From Octopus vulgaris (Eukaryota), in NCBI GenBank assembly GCA_951406725.2, contig OX597814.1, forward strand, positions 164,920,001-164,984,000: a stretch of 64,000 bases of DNA. Direction: 5' to 3'. Position numbers and translations under genes: made by a program. This document shows positions 14,022 through 28,879 of the stretch, one piece after another. Numbering within the stretch: position 1 is the stretch's first letter; each line of letters starts with the position of its first letter. Under the pieces are notes generated by a model, which was given only the letters and a program-made list of their open reading frames with translations, ran no database searches and was not told the origin of the DNA.

Positions 14022-15220
14022 TTATGATTTATATTCCTGTTGATGTTTGCTTGATGAATTTTGCGTTTTGGTTGTGGTACTTTACTTGGTTTCGTTATGT
14101 TTTCTGTCTTGTTTTTGGTATTATGTATGCTACTTTTCAATTTCTTGTTAGCATTGTTTTTAACCACCTGGAGAAATGATCTGGGTTTACTTCTAGATCT
14201 AGATCGGTTTTTTGTCCAGTTTCTTGTGGGTAATCTCTGTTGAGGTCTTGAAAATGATCTCCTGTTATTTCTACTGCTAATGGTCTGTTCAAAACAATAT
14301 CTATTTTGTTTGTGCTTTTTGTTCATGTTGTGTGCATTAGGGTGTTTGCATACAAAATGGGAAGAGTTCTTACCGTAGTTCGTCTTCGATTCGTGGTGAA
14401 ACGGGTGTTCATGTTGCCACGTGTTCTGGTGTATGTTGCGTTGGTGAGGTTGTCCACTTTTAATGCTATTTCTCGGAGTTCTGGTGTCTTTACCGTAATT
14501 TGTAGCATATTTGTCGAGAAATAATTGTTTCCGCTGCCAAAACTTTCTTGATCTGCTTTCTTCTTTTGAGATATCTCTGATCCATAGTTCTCGCATTTTT
14601 TCTGCTATATTGCCGGTCGTTAGTTTGGATATTTCATCTCTGATTTGATCATCGATAGCTTCGTATTTGGCTTTGTAGCGGGATTGTTTAGACAGGGTAA
14701 TGGAGATGTCGGTCCTGAATTTTATCAAACTAAGGTCCCATCGAAGTTTAGTTTCTTCCTCTGGTTCTCCTGCAATTTCTTTAATTAGGTACTTCCGAGG
14801 AAGTATGGGTGCCGCTAAAGATATCCATTTCGAATGTATTTCAGCATATTTTTCGCATTTATATGCCTTCCAGAAGTTTTGTTTTCTTATGTTAAGGAGT
14901 TTTTTCCATGTCTTCTGTATCTCTTCTCTTTTTCGGTGTGCCTCTTTTTCCAGATTTCTTTCGTTTATTTCTGACATCCAAGGAGGTTGTGGTAGGCTTT
15001 CTCTTGTAGATTTTATAATTGTTAGTATCATTTCAGCTAAATTCTTAATTTCAGAGTTTATGTGTTCATTTCCAAGTTTTCCGTCTGTAGACTGTTTTTC
15101 TATTTCCTTTAAAATAGAGGATTGTGTGTCAATCATCGTGATGAGTGTTGATAATTTCGATGAAATTTCCATTAGAATTCTTTCGGATTCTGTTAATTTT
15201 GTTTGTTGCTTTCCAGACAT
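13928..15220 (-). CDS. PLE ORF1, 430 aa: helical/coiled-coil-like N-terminal half and basic R/S/K/N-rich C-terminal half
   Basis: Intact ATG ORF (gccaacATG) directly after the 5' pLTR; overlaps ORF2 by 94 nt. Confidence 0.8.
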   Translation of the reverse strand: MSGKQQTKLTESERILMEISSKLSTLITMIDTQSSILKEIEKQSTDGKLGNEHINSEIKNLAEMILTIIKSTRESLPQPPWMSEINERNLEKEAHRKREEIQKTWKKLLNIRKQNFWKAYKCEKYAEIHSKWISLAAPILPRKYLIKEIAGEPEEETKLRWDLSLIKFRTDISITLSKQSRYKAKYEAIDDQIRDEISKLTTGNIAEKMRELWIRDISKEESRSRKFWQRKQLFLDKYATNYGKDTRTPRNSIKSGQPHQRNIHQNTWQHEHPFHHESKTNYGKNSSHFVCKHPNAHNMNKKHKQNRYCFEQTISSRNNRRSFSRPQQRLPTRNWTKNRSRSRSKPRSFLQVVKNNANKKLKSSIHNTKNKTENITKPSKVPQPKRKIHQANINRNINHNQKKIHFFTSGQQTPEKEKIQEETYPKQLNV

Positions 15221-15425
15221 GTTGGCATATACACAATAGGAATATAGATATATATATATATGGGTGTGTGTGATTGTGTATAGAAGAATATATTAATAAA
15301 AAGAATTCCAACCTTGTCTGATTTTCACGTTTTATTTACAATCTTATAATGATATATTATAAGATAATATATTATAATTGAATAAAATAAAATGAAATAG
15401 TAGAATGTTAAATATTCATTCTGAT

Positions 15426-15470
15426 TGAACTAGTACTTTCATGCATTGAATTCTGCAATCTTCGGGTTCA
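15426..15470 (-). ncRNA. Minimal type I hammerhead ribozyme (intact GAAA)
   Basis: Stem I TGAAC/GTTCA, core CCGAAGA (U4C variant), stem II TGCA/TGCA, GAAA, palindromic GTAC loop, CUA triplet; predicted cut between 15431 and 15430. Confidence 0.8.
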
Positions 15471-15529
15471 TGTAGTAGTGTTGACAGTCATGCTTCACAA
15501 TTTTTGACTGTAGCAAGATGAGTGATTCT

Positions 15530-15652
15530 GTGCTATAAATACAGCTGGGTAGGCTCCAGAGTGCTAGGTTTTGCAAACTGTATTCTGACCAATCAGTGTG
15601 TAGTATCACTCAATTACTTAAGCTGATTGGTTGGTTGAGCTGATTGGTTTAG
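15530..15652 (-). promoter_or_regulatory. Candidate Pol II promoter in the pLTR
   Basis: Two CCAATCAG boxes on the minus strand about 85-105 nt upstream of TATTTATA (15541-15534), pointing to the hammerhead and ORF1. Confidence 0.45.
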
Positions 15653-15918
15653 GCATCACGCTTTGTTGGACAGGTCAAGAGTCCTGTATCTTGACCCTGG
15701 CCGAAGCAGCAATTGTTGGGTTATTTTTAGAAATGTTGTAAATATCCTTTGTCAGAGATTTTTATATTTTTATATTTCAATTGTCATCATCATCATTGTC
15801 AGCACCTTAATTATTGTTGCTAGTGGTGATGGTGGTGGCAATAGAACTTTTAACCCTAAATAAGATAATTTTCCTGCTATCTTCGTCTTGATCACCTTTA
15901 GTATTGTTGTTGTTGTTG

Positions 15919-15952
<34 letters not shown>

Positions 15953-15954
<2 letters not shown>

Positions 15955-16259
15955 ATAAATAAGGATAATATCGATCTTATCAAGTGGCCAGCATGGAAAT
16001 AAATACCATACAAAGGTAATAATTATTTAAAACTATAAATTAGGGTATCTGAGAGATACCACCATGCTGAAATACCAGTAAAAACCCTGAACCTAAAGCC
16101 ACATTAAATGTTCATATAACGCTAGGAGAGAAGACATCTTTTTTGTTAGTTTATTTTGTCTCTTTCGCTTCTCTCCTAGCGCTATATGAACATTTAATAA
16201 GGCTTTAGGTCAGGGTTTTGACTGCTATTTCAGCATAGTGGTATTTCTCAGATACCCTA

Positions 16260-16266
<7 letters not shown>
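15953..16266. mobile_element. 'Tail + fold-back' insert in (TA)n
   Basis: 80-bp unique tail, then ~100-bp imperfect inverted arms 16034-16133 / 16168-16266. Confidence 0.8.
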
Positions 16267-16308
<42 letters not shown>

Positions 16309-16984
16309 TCTGTTCCCACAAAAAGCACAGATTTTTTTTAAAAACCGGATGACACGAGAGTAAAGAAAACGAAATAATGGAATCATTTACGTTCATATTA
16401 TCTACGCTCATACTGTCTACAAGAGCACGTCTTACCAAATTGGTTGTGCTGAGATTTTACGTTAGAAATATATTCAGTTTTCATTATGATGCACATACTG
16501 TTCTGTAATAACCACTGCTGAGGACATTTAAAGTGAAAAATATACCACTAAGCTCCTGCGGTGCAGAATTATGGAAATGATTTTCTGTTTAGTGTTAAAT
16601 TGCTTCTGCATGCCATGTGCTATACTGGTAATTTGAATGTGGTAATCATTAGAAGAATCTGCAGAATTTTACTGCATGCTTGCATCTATGTAAGTGCATA
16701 TGTGTATGCGAGCGTGAACCTGTATATGCTTGTGTTCGTGTATGTATGTGTGGGTGTGTCATGTGTTATGAAAGGAAAGATTTTGTAGTGAGTGTCGCTT
16801 TTCAAGGAGAGGAAGCGTAAGAAGCTTTTTAGTTAAAATAGCTTCCGTTTCAATTTGAAGTTCATATTTGTGAGTGATGAATGTAGCACAGAGGTAGAAG
16901 CAGCAGAGAGTCTAAATATAAGTCCTACAATGCAACTTCGCTTTCTTGCATTGAAAGTTCAAACGTTGCTCTAAGGTTATAACT

Positions 16985-17128
16985 TGCTGTAAGGAGCTTG
17001 CTTCCAATCCACTTGGTTCTGAGTTCAGTCCCTCTGTGTGACACCTTCTCATGTGTCTTCTGCTATAGCCTCAGGTTTACCAAAGCCTTGTGAGCGGATT
17101 TGGTAGACGGAAACTGAAAGAAGCCTGT

Positions 17129-17130
<2 letters not shown>
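16985..17130 (+). mobile_element. Family B SINE
   Basis: Similar to 3522-3685. Confidence 0.7.
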
Positions 17131-17208
<78 letters not shown>

Positions 17209-17372
17209 ATCTGATATAGATGGCAGTGTGCAATGTTTTATCTAAAAGGAAAACCAATTCTCAATAGATATGATGCGACTAGGGTGTTAGAACGCCTATT
17301 TGCTAGAAATGAGAGCTAAAAAGCTCTCATGCTGTCGTTAATGCACATAATTGTATACATATGTGCTACTAT

Positions 17373-17652
17373 ATTCTTCTGATCCATTACAACCAGAAGT
17401 GTTACTTCGTCGTCTTCGCAATGCAGTGGTTATAAAGAGTGAGCAAGGGTGGTAGATTATCCGAGTCAACAGAGATGACAGTGAAAACTTTCATTCCAAA
17501 TACAAGCCTACTATATATATTGTCTTTGGAATGAACGTGTTCACTATCTTCTCTGCTGACTCCGATAATCTACCACCCCTGCTCACACTCTATAACCACT
17601 GCACTGCCAATACGACGGAGTAACACTACTGGTTGTGATGGATCAGAAGAAT
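17373..17652. repeat. 280-bp imperfect palindrome
   Basis: ATTCTTCTGATCCATTACAACCAG.. mirrors ..CTGGTTGTGATGGATCAGAAGAAT. Confidence 0.85.
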
Positions 17653-18677
17653 GGACCGTTTTGGCTGACGAATGTTGGTTCTGTGTTTTTCGACTGTCAT
17701 CTGAACTGCATCTGGCGGTACGACTAATGGTTTAGAGAGCAGCTTCATACGCCTAGTACTGTTACGAGGTCTGCTGATTTCCACCCCACTCCCTCTATCT
17801 CTCCTTCTCTCTCCCCCTCTCCTGTTCTCCTCTCTCTCCTCTTCTTTCTCTCTGCTTTTCTAGTTCTTCGAGAGAGAAAACTCTTAAGCGAATCTTACTA
17901 CCACTTGTGTAGCAACTAGGTTTCCTATTCTGCATTCACACTAAGGTACAGCTCAGATATGAGCCTGTGATTTTCAGAGATCATTAGGTCTTATATGCTC
18001 ATTCAAACTCCTCTCGGCCACATGCCATTTTTCATGACATCACCACTCACAACCTGCTACGAAGGTAACAACAACCAAGAAATCAATTTCACTACCTATA
18101 CCCCTGACAGTAACTTTTGTGTTGACCTGTGCTATGATCAGGTGTGAGCATCACAGTCAGCGCTTATTGCTTTGTCTCATCCATTTTATGATTTTATGGT
18201 TTTATCCAGTTGACGAGCTGTAGAAGAGTAAGTTGAGTAACTGTTAGTGGCACGATGCTGGTTATTGCCAATTATTGTGTGTGGTGGTGATAGAATATTT
18301 CGCAAAATAGCTCCTGAAGTGGACGGATACGATTCAGCGCAGCTATTTCGATGCTAGCAATGTGAAACGGCTAGCTGGCTATTGCACCTGTTTTGGTGAC
18401 AGTGCTTTTGGCACTGGTGGCAAACACACATACACACGCACTCACGCGCAGAAATAAACTCATACAGAGAAAGAGAAAGAGAGAGGGAGAGAGAGCGTGC
18501 ATGTGTACGTGTGTGTGTATGTGTATGTGAGTGCGTGTGTATGTGCGTACGTGCATGTGTGTGTGTATGTGTATGTGTGTACGTGTGTATGCGTACGTGC
18601 ATGTGTGTGTGAGAGAGAGAGAGTGTGTGTGTCTGAGTGTGTGCGCGGGAGAGAGGAGAGTGTGTGCGCGAGAGAGA

Positions 18678-18725
<48 letters not shown>

Positions 18726-18854
18726 TTATGTGAGAGAGAGTGTGTGTGTCTGAGTGTTCATGCGGGAGAGAGGAGAGTGTGTGCGCAAGAGAGAGAGAGT
18801 GTGTGTGCGCGAGAGAGAGAGAGAGAGAGAGAGAGAGTGTGTGTGTGTGCGTTA

Positions 18855-18890
<36 letters not shown>

Positions 18891-20371
18891 AAGAATGGAG
18901 AGAGATATTACAATTTATCAATTGAACACGTTTATTATAAACACTTTTCCCTTTCTTCATACATACGCAAACAGAAAGGGAACGAGAGAAACATTAAAAC
19001 GTTTGACGTTAAATAAATTAACATCAAATCATCGATGCCATACAGGCGGTGCCAAAACAGCTGTGCCAATACGTCTCATACTCTTCTGAAGACACTAACA
19101 TTTACTCTCGACTAAATGTAAATATGTGGGTGTTGCTGTTGTCTCACTTTTTCGCTTCGAATTTTAAATGAACATCGTCATCATTAATTGTTCCATAATT
19201 TTTTCTTCGTGTTTGTTTCCCCTGTTTTGTAAATTTCTTTTGTCTTCTGTCTGTCCTCTTTTAAATCTTTGTAAGTGGTCTGTTTCTTATAATGTTTTGG
19301 CTGGGAGCATATATATTTGTGTTAACTCTGCCACTATTTTGACAAGAGCCGCTCCTCGCTGCACAAATATAATAAATCTTGGAATATGAATAAACGGAAA
19401 ATATGAAACAAAATTATTCCAAAAGGAATAAAGTTTAAGAACAGAGTCGCCTCCTATCGATATAACTCAATATAAAACAATACAAAAAATCCTTAAATTG
19501 ATAGAAAAATCTTCAATGTGCAGCACAACTAGTTAGGGAAAGAAACAACAATAGTAATAATAGTTTTTGCTTCAGGCTCAACTCCTGCAGATTTGTAAGA
19601 CAAAGGTTGGCGGATAGAGCTTCACTAGCACTTTATTTTATTTACTCTCGAAAGGAACTGTACTCAAAAAGTAGTCCCCGAAGAAATATCGTAAGGTCTT
19701 TACCGACACCCTAACTTGCAACAAACTTTTGTAGATGCGTGTTTGATACTTATTTCCTTGTCTCCAGAAAGAAGATAACCAAAGTTGACCGTGGAAGGAT
19801 TTGAACTTAAACATAAAAGACATGGCTACTTAGGGCAAAATCTCTTGTGTCTGGCAGTATACTATTTCTAACACTCACCGCCTTAATATCGATAAGAAAT
19901 ACGACAGTAAGTAGCTGGAGGCCCTTATGGTTAACTAGACAGCAATTACAGATATCCTTGGACAGAGATTATATATTAGTATGAAAGAATGCTACATTTA
20001 TAATCGATTGAAATTATGTATCTTTTACCTGGTCACAGAATATTAATTTAGTCTCTTACTAAGAAGCTTATGAGATTAACAGTAATAACAGGATTACTAG
20101 AATAGGTGATATATTCAATATATAATCTGTCCGACAAGAAATATATTTTACCCAATAAAGTATTATATATACTGAGCAGGCTGTATTGACACAAATTTCT
20201 CTGGTAATACTCGGAACTAAAAGGCAGGTGGAAAATAATAAGCGTGTTTTGATCTGAGAAAATGGCCGTTGGTCTTATAATTTATTGTGGAAGAAGACAT
20301 GTTTTATCTTACTGTAGTGTGAAATGGACGAACCGAGACACGTTGAGAGTGAACGGGCAGCAAGAAATATT

Positions 20372-20581
20372 GGTTTTAAAATTTAGCACAAGACCAGCAA
20401 TTTCTGGGAGGTGGTAAGTCGATTACATCGACTCCAGTGCTCAACTGATACATGATTTATTGACCCCGAAAGGTTATGTCGACTCGACTTTGGTAGAATT
20501 TGAACTCAGAACATAAAGACGGACAAAATGTTTCTAAGCATCTGGCTCGGCGTGTGGACGATTCTGCCACCTCGCCACCTT
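20372..20581 (-). mobile_element. Family A SINE (diverged)
   Basis: TAAGTCGATTACATCGAC and GAATTTGAACTCAGAAC core. Confidence 0.75.
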
Positions 20582-20991
20582 CAACATCAAGAAATATTGA
20601 AGACAACTCTGCAAGGCAAGGAAACGTGCTGATGTACAGTTCATTACAATACAGTAATATTATTCACACCTTTAGCTGCCACATATGGCGAGTAGTTCAA
20701 TTCTACATTGATTCAACTATCTACGACTCTAGTAAAAAAGAAAAATGCGATGTTTATGAAATAATTGGTTTATAAGAAGTATTAAACATCCTTCAATTCA
20801 ACTGAAGATATCTACAGGGAGAAACTGGCTACAAGATTGTAGAGGACACCCAACTCCACGAGCTGAAAGTTATTTATTCTTCCAGCATACATTCGTTCTT
20901 GACGAATTCTAAAGAAAATTAAACGCCACTTCTCTTTATTCAGTTATCATCTCAATAAATATTTACTTCCACTCTATTTTATATACATACA

Positions 20992-21054
<63 letters not shown>

Positions 21055-21360
21055 GCATAAATAAATAAATAAAGATAGATGGATAGATAGATAGATACAT
21101 AGATAGATATATGAATATAATAATAATAATAGTAGGGAATATAATTCCAAACTTACAGGGAAAAATTCAATTTACCAATTCTAAGTCAAATTTCACAATA
21201 TATAATATATGTATATATTTGAGAGAAAAACCTCTATTAAGCAATTCAATAGTGAAAGACGTTATTCACACCATATAGAAAGTATGCTTAAATATACTAT
21301 AAAAACCTTATTCTAAAAATCAATAAAGTACATAAACAATACATAGTAAATAGTAGTAAA

Positions 21361-21481
21361 TAGACTACTCGCGTTTCGTGGCTATATTTTCAAATAGATA
21401 ATAATAATAAAATCAATTCGATTTAAAATTAAATCGATCTAAAATTAATTCTATTTAAAATATAGTCACTCATCAAGTCTA
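21361..21481 (-). ncRNA. Hammerhead ribozyme with a very long stem II
   Basis: TAGAC-TTGATGA-GTGACTATATTTT..AAAATATAGCCAC-GAAA-C(GCGA)G-TA-GTCTA. Confidence 0.7.
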
Positions 21482-21510
21482 AAATAGTAATAATAATGAT
21501 AATAATAATG

Positions 21511-21604
<94 letters not shown>

Positions 21605-21835
21605 TAAAATATATGTACGTATCTTAACTTATAATAATTATCAAATGATAATAGAAAAATACATGTTTTAACAATAAATAATCGAAAAACGTTTAACAAT
21701 ATTACTTAAAATAAAACCATAACTTATCTTATCGAAGAATTTTTGTTAACTAAAATTTTAAATGTAATACGTAGAACTTAGCGTTTATCAGCGTTATTTA
21801 TTTTTTACATTAATCTTAATCTTATTTCGCCCAGA

Positions 21836-22094
21836 CAGTATAAGATGTATAGAGGGACGATGCAGTAGCAAGACAACGACATACGTAGGGGAAATGGTAC
21901 GGAGAATAGGAGAACGGGTAAATGCACATTGGAGAGAACTTAAGGAAGGAAAGAGCTCATCGGTTCTGTACCAACACGCCGAGCAGGAACACGGGGGCTC
22001 AATCAACAGCATAGAAGTTAAAATCTTGTCCATACATAGAACAGACGCAACAATCACACAAATTACGAAAGCTACAAACATAAACCTAGCCTGA
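21836..22094 (+). pseudogene. GIY-YIG endonuclease remnant of a further PLE family
   Basis: SIRCIEGRC..TYVGEMVRRIGERVNAH..SSVLYQHAEQEH. Confidence 0.75.
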
Positions 22095-22239
22095 ATAGGA
22101 AACTGGAATGGAATACTAGCACATACCACAGCATATGACAGAAGATCCCCATAAACTGGTTACAATATAAAGAAAACTAAAAACATAATAAAATAAAATA
22201 CACAGATAAATAAACAAATGGAAGTAAATAACTATATAC

Positions 22240-22297
<58 letters not shown>

Positions 22298-22333
22298 CAT
22301 ATATACATAATAATAATAATAATAATAATAATG

Positions 22334-22403
<70 letters not shown>

Positions 22404-22619
22404 GTAGGTGTAAACACATGAACAAAATAAGAAGAAACAAAAACAAAAGCAAAAACAAATTACACGAACGTATATAAACAGGAGATACAAATATTACAGG
22501 CACTTCCCCCTCACACACACACTAACTAAATATAGACACACATACAGGTATACGCATGCGCAAATGAAGACATACAATAGGTATCCAAATTACAAAATGG
22601 CTGACCGTTAGTAAGGAGA

Positions 22620-22673
<54 letters not shown>

Positions 22674-22865
22674 TATATAGATATATATATATATATGTAT
22701 AGCATAAATCTTCCCTCAGTCCCTCCCTTTCTTTCCCTTCTTCTTTCTCTTTCGTCTCTCTCTCGTCTCTCTTTTCTTGTAACGAGGTGTCACATAATGA
22801 CGAGACATGACATTTCAAAAATATTTCTAATAAATATGTTTGTTTCGCTCTTTGTCACTTGCGTT

Positions 22866-25007
<2,142 letters not shown>

Positions 25008-25029
25008 AATAATAATAATAATGATGATG

Positions 25030-25102
<73 letters not shown>

Positions 25103-25120
25103 TAATAATAATAATAATAA

Positions 25121-25676
25121 ATGCCCTGATGCAGTACCAGGCAGTGGCTCTCATGGCTTCTGATCTTAACTGATTGGAAGTGTTATCATGTACATTGTTT
25201 TGTCTTGGTATAAAAGATGGGCTACAGCAAATATTCTGCTCAATACCACAGATTTGCTTGTCAGTTGATTGACCTTAACCAGTTGAGCATGTCCCTTAGT
25301 GGCTGACGATATGTGCATCTCTGATCACGAGCAGAAGTAGTGGGGGAGCATCATAGCCATGTGTTGAGAGGGATTCTTTGGGGTTTGAATAATTTACCTC
25401 TGGAAACATGGGTGGTTCTTTCAACATCCTTAAACAACCCTTATTCAGGGACCTTTTGAGCGGGATGGGCTACTAGACCTGAAGAAAATTCTAACTGGGC
25501 CCCACCTGCAAGGTCATGTGCTGTTTATCTTGATATGAGATCACCATGTCGCGCACATATGGTTGTGATGCATGTGCCTGGTGTACCTTTATCAGACGGG
25601 TAGTCATGATGGGTATATTGGGCTTCGTATATTTTACCCCAGTGTCACTTTGATGGCATGCACTGCTCTCTCACTC
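25121..25676 (+). mobile_element. ~560-bp non-coding element in (AAT)n
   Basis: Near-identical to 45994-46542 and similar to 25978-26533; no long ORF. Confidence 0.9.
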
Positions 25677-25710
25677 AATAACAATAATAATAATAATAAT
25701 AATAATAATA

Positions 25711-25916
25711 AGACAAATACATAACAAAAACACCAGGACTTACAAACACATATAACATACAGAAAATTGCACTACTAGGCACTGCACACATCCTACGCAG
25801 AACACTTTCCATACAATAACCATCAGAGCATCACAACAAATCACAGCACATACCCAAGGCACACAGAGCTGCGCTCGGTAGTGAAGTGAAAGCACGCTAT
25901 AAAAATAAAACTACTG
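25711..25916 (+). mobile_element. Dong/R4-like 3' fragment
   Basis: Translates as DKYITKTPGL..IQKIALLGTAHILRRTLSIQ* plus UTR; (AAT)n on both sides. Confidence 0.85.
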
Positions 25917-25977
25917 AATAATAATAATAATAACAATAATAATGATAATAATAATAATAATAATAATAATAAATTTT

Positions 25978-26533
25978 ATGCCCGGATGCAGTACCAGGCA
26001 GTGGCTCTCATGGCTGCTGATCTTAACTGGTTGGAAATGTTATCATGTACATTGTTTTGTCTTGGTATAAAAGATGGGCTACAGCAAATATTCTGCTCAA
26101 TAACACACCTTTGCTTGTCAGTTGTTTGACCTTAACCAGTTGAGCATGTCCCTTGGTGGCTGACGATACGTGCATCTCTGACCACAAGCAGAAGTAGTTG
26201 GGGAGCATCATAGCCACGTGTTGAGAGGAATTCTTTGGAGTTTGAATAATTTACCTTCGGAAACATGGGTGTTTTGCTCAACATCCTTAAACAAACCTTA
26301 TTCAGGGACCTTTTGAGCGGGATGGGCTACTAGACCTGAAGAAAATTCTAACTGGACCTACCTGCGAGGTCATGCGCTGTTTATCTTGATATGATATCAC
26401 CATGTCGCGCACATATGGTTGTGATGCATGTACCTAGTGTACCCTTATCAGACGGGTAGTCATGATGGGTATACTGGGCTTCGTATATTTGTACCCCAGT
26501 GTCACTTTGATGGTGTGCCCAGCTCTCTTACTC
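25978..26533 (+). mobile_element. ~560-bp non-coding element, more diverged copy
   Basis: Colinear with 25121-25676. Confidence 0.9.
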
Positions 26534-27023
26534 AATAACAACAACAACAACAACAACAACAAAAATATCGAAAAATACCATAGGAATGAGAATCCGGGTT
26601 CGAAATTTCCCTAAAACACCTGGAGGTGGTGGTGGTGGCGGAGGCGTAGGCAGTGGTTGTGATGGCAGCGGCGGCAGAGGTGTTCAAGCTGTCAGGTTCA
26701 ACAACTAGTGGTAGTGGGAAGCTAGGAAACTCTTCCTCGGTTGTTTTTAGCGCCTCGCTAGCGTTCCGCATGACTTGCGCGCTGGCCTCATGGTTTCCTG
26801 CCGCCATATTCCAAGAGAGAAATGCCTAAAATTAAATGACGAAAACCTTCAAAGTTTTTGGAAATTTCGCCCACAGAGGGACGAAATCCTATGAAAATAT
26901 TAATCAAGTTTTGAAGGGAATGTTGTTGGACAACTTTTAAACACAAAATTATTCGACAATAAAAACTTTTAAACATGCGAAAATAGCCAACTTACGTGGA
27001 GTCCATTTGACTGGTGTCCACCC

Positions 27024-27107
<84 letters not shown>

Positions 27108-27112
27108 GTACG

Positions 27113-27198
<86 letters not shown>

Positions 27199-27217
27199 TA
27201 CTCCAACACATATATAT

Positions 27218-27447
27218 TTCATTACTACCCACAAGGGGCTAAACACAGAGGGGACAAACAAGGACAGACAAACGGATTAAGTCGATTACATCTACCTCAG
27301 TGCGTAACTGGTACTTAATTTATCGACCTCGAAAGGATGAAAGGCAAAGTTGACCTCGGCGGAATTTGAACTCAGAACGTAACGGCAGATGAAATACGGC
27401 TACGCATTTCGCCCGGCGTGCTAACGTTTCTGCCAGCTCGCCGCCCA
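27218..27447 (-). mobile_element. Family A tRNA-derived SINE, near full length
   Basis: A box TGGCAGAAACGTT, B box GAGTTCAAATTCC, central GCCTTTCATCCTTTCG.GGTCGATAAA domain; TSD CTCCAACACATATA at 27201 and 27450. Confidence 0.9.
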
Positions 27448-28177
27448 TGCTCCAACACATATACTTAATCAAACGCTCACACGCACACACATTCATGCAT
27501 AAATACATACACACGCACATACATGCTGAGAGATAGACAGGCGAATAGACACACACGCACAGACACACAGACAGACACGCAGAAGAATGACGTACACATA
27601 TCTCACTTCTCGCTTCACACTTTATTTTCATCAGTTAAATTTAGTCTAATGAATCCGCCATGATAAATCATCTCACGATCCAACTAATAATACTATAACA
27701 TGGTCATGCTTTTACCCACAAATCACCAACCTGATATCTCCATCTATTCTTCCATTTCGTTTTACTCTCTCACTTCTCGCCCTTTCTTTCTCCCTTACAC
27801 GCGTCTTTCCCGTGAGGAAATACACAATAAAATTTAACTACTTTCGCTACTCTTGTAAAAAGCAATTTTGTTTGTTGAAGGAAGCCTGGACTTGTTTTAT
27901 TTTGCTATATATCTGCCAGAATGTCATTCTCTTATTCTATGGTTCTGTCATGCTTTGATATATATGAAGTACAACTTATCACACATTCCTGACATTCCAT
28001 TCTTACTAAATTTTTTTTCTTAAAAACTCCCGATTACGTTTTCTGACATCCATGTCCTTACAAAAAAAACATACGCACACGCACACACGCCACACACACG
28101 AACTCACACACATACAGGCACATTGACATACGTACAGTAACATATACATGAATATACACAACAATATACGTACACGC

Positions 28178-28273
<96 letters not shown>

Positions 28274-28470
28274 CTATGTGTATGTATACATGTGTACATA
28301 TTTATGAATATTATATGCATAGCTATATATTAATATACAACTCCATCTATTTATGTATATATATATATATATATATACATACACACATATATATACCACT
28401 GGTATTTGAGTACTCTTTTTTCCACCTTGCTTCACATTTATGTGTTTACTCCGGTATATATATATATATA

Positions 28471-28868
28471 CTAGCAGTATCGCCCGGCGTTGCTCGGGTT
28501 TGTAAGGGAAATAACTATATAAGCATTTCTAGAGAGTTATAGCCAAAAAATAGCAAAAAAATGCATTAGAAATGGAAAAAAAATTATGGTAAATTTTTTT
28601 TTAAATCGTTGACTCATCGTTGACATTTTTAGAGAGTTACTTCCCTTATATAATAGTGAAAAAATGCATTAAAATGGAAAAAAATTATGGTAAATTATTT
28701 TTAAAATCGTAGACTCATCGTAGACGCGCGCTAATACCCAGAAGGGCTTGATATGAATCACGACTATAAGATACCCGCTTTTGGTTACATTGCACCGCAA
28801 AATGTGGGAGTAGTTAGGAATCTAAATCGTAGGAGACAGACACACCACTTGACTTTTATATATAAAGA
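28471..28868 (-). mobile_element. Non-autonomous Helitron
   Basis: 5' TC, 3' hairpin CCCGAGCAACGCCGGG then CTAG; inserted between A and T with no TSD. Confidence 0.85.
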
Positions 28869-28879
28869 TATACCAATAT

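Larger units (their letters stand above)
15261..15920 (-). repeat. 5' pseudo-LTR
   Basis: Direct repeat of 10990-11646; separated from ORF1 by a short (TA)n run. Confidence 0.95.

Noticed and set aside
25121-25250. 5S rRNA, U2 or telomerase RNA origin of the 560-bp element
   Set aside because: Only short patchy resemblance (e.g. GATCTTAACTGATTGGAAG); no intact internal promoter or telomeric template; cannot be supported without a covariance search
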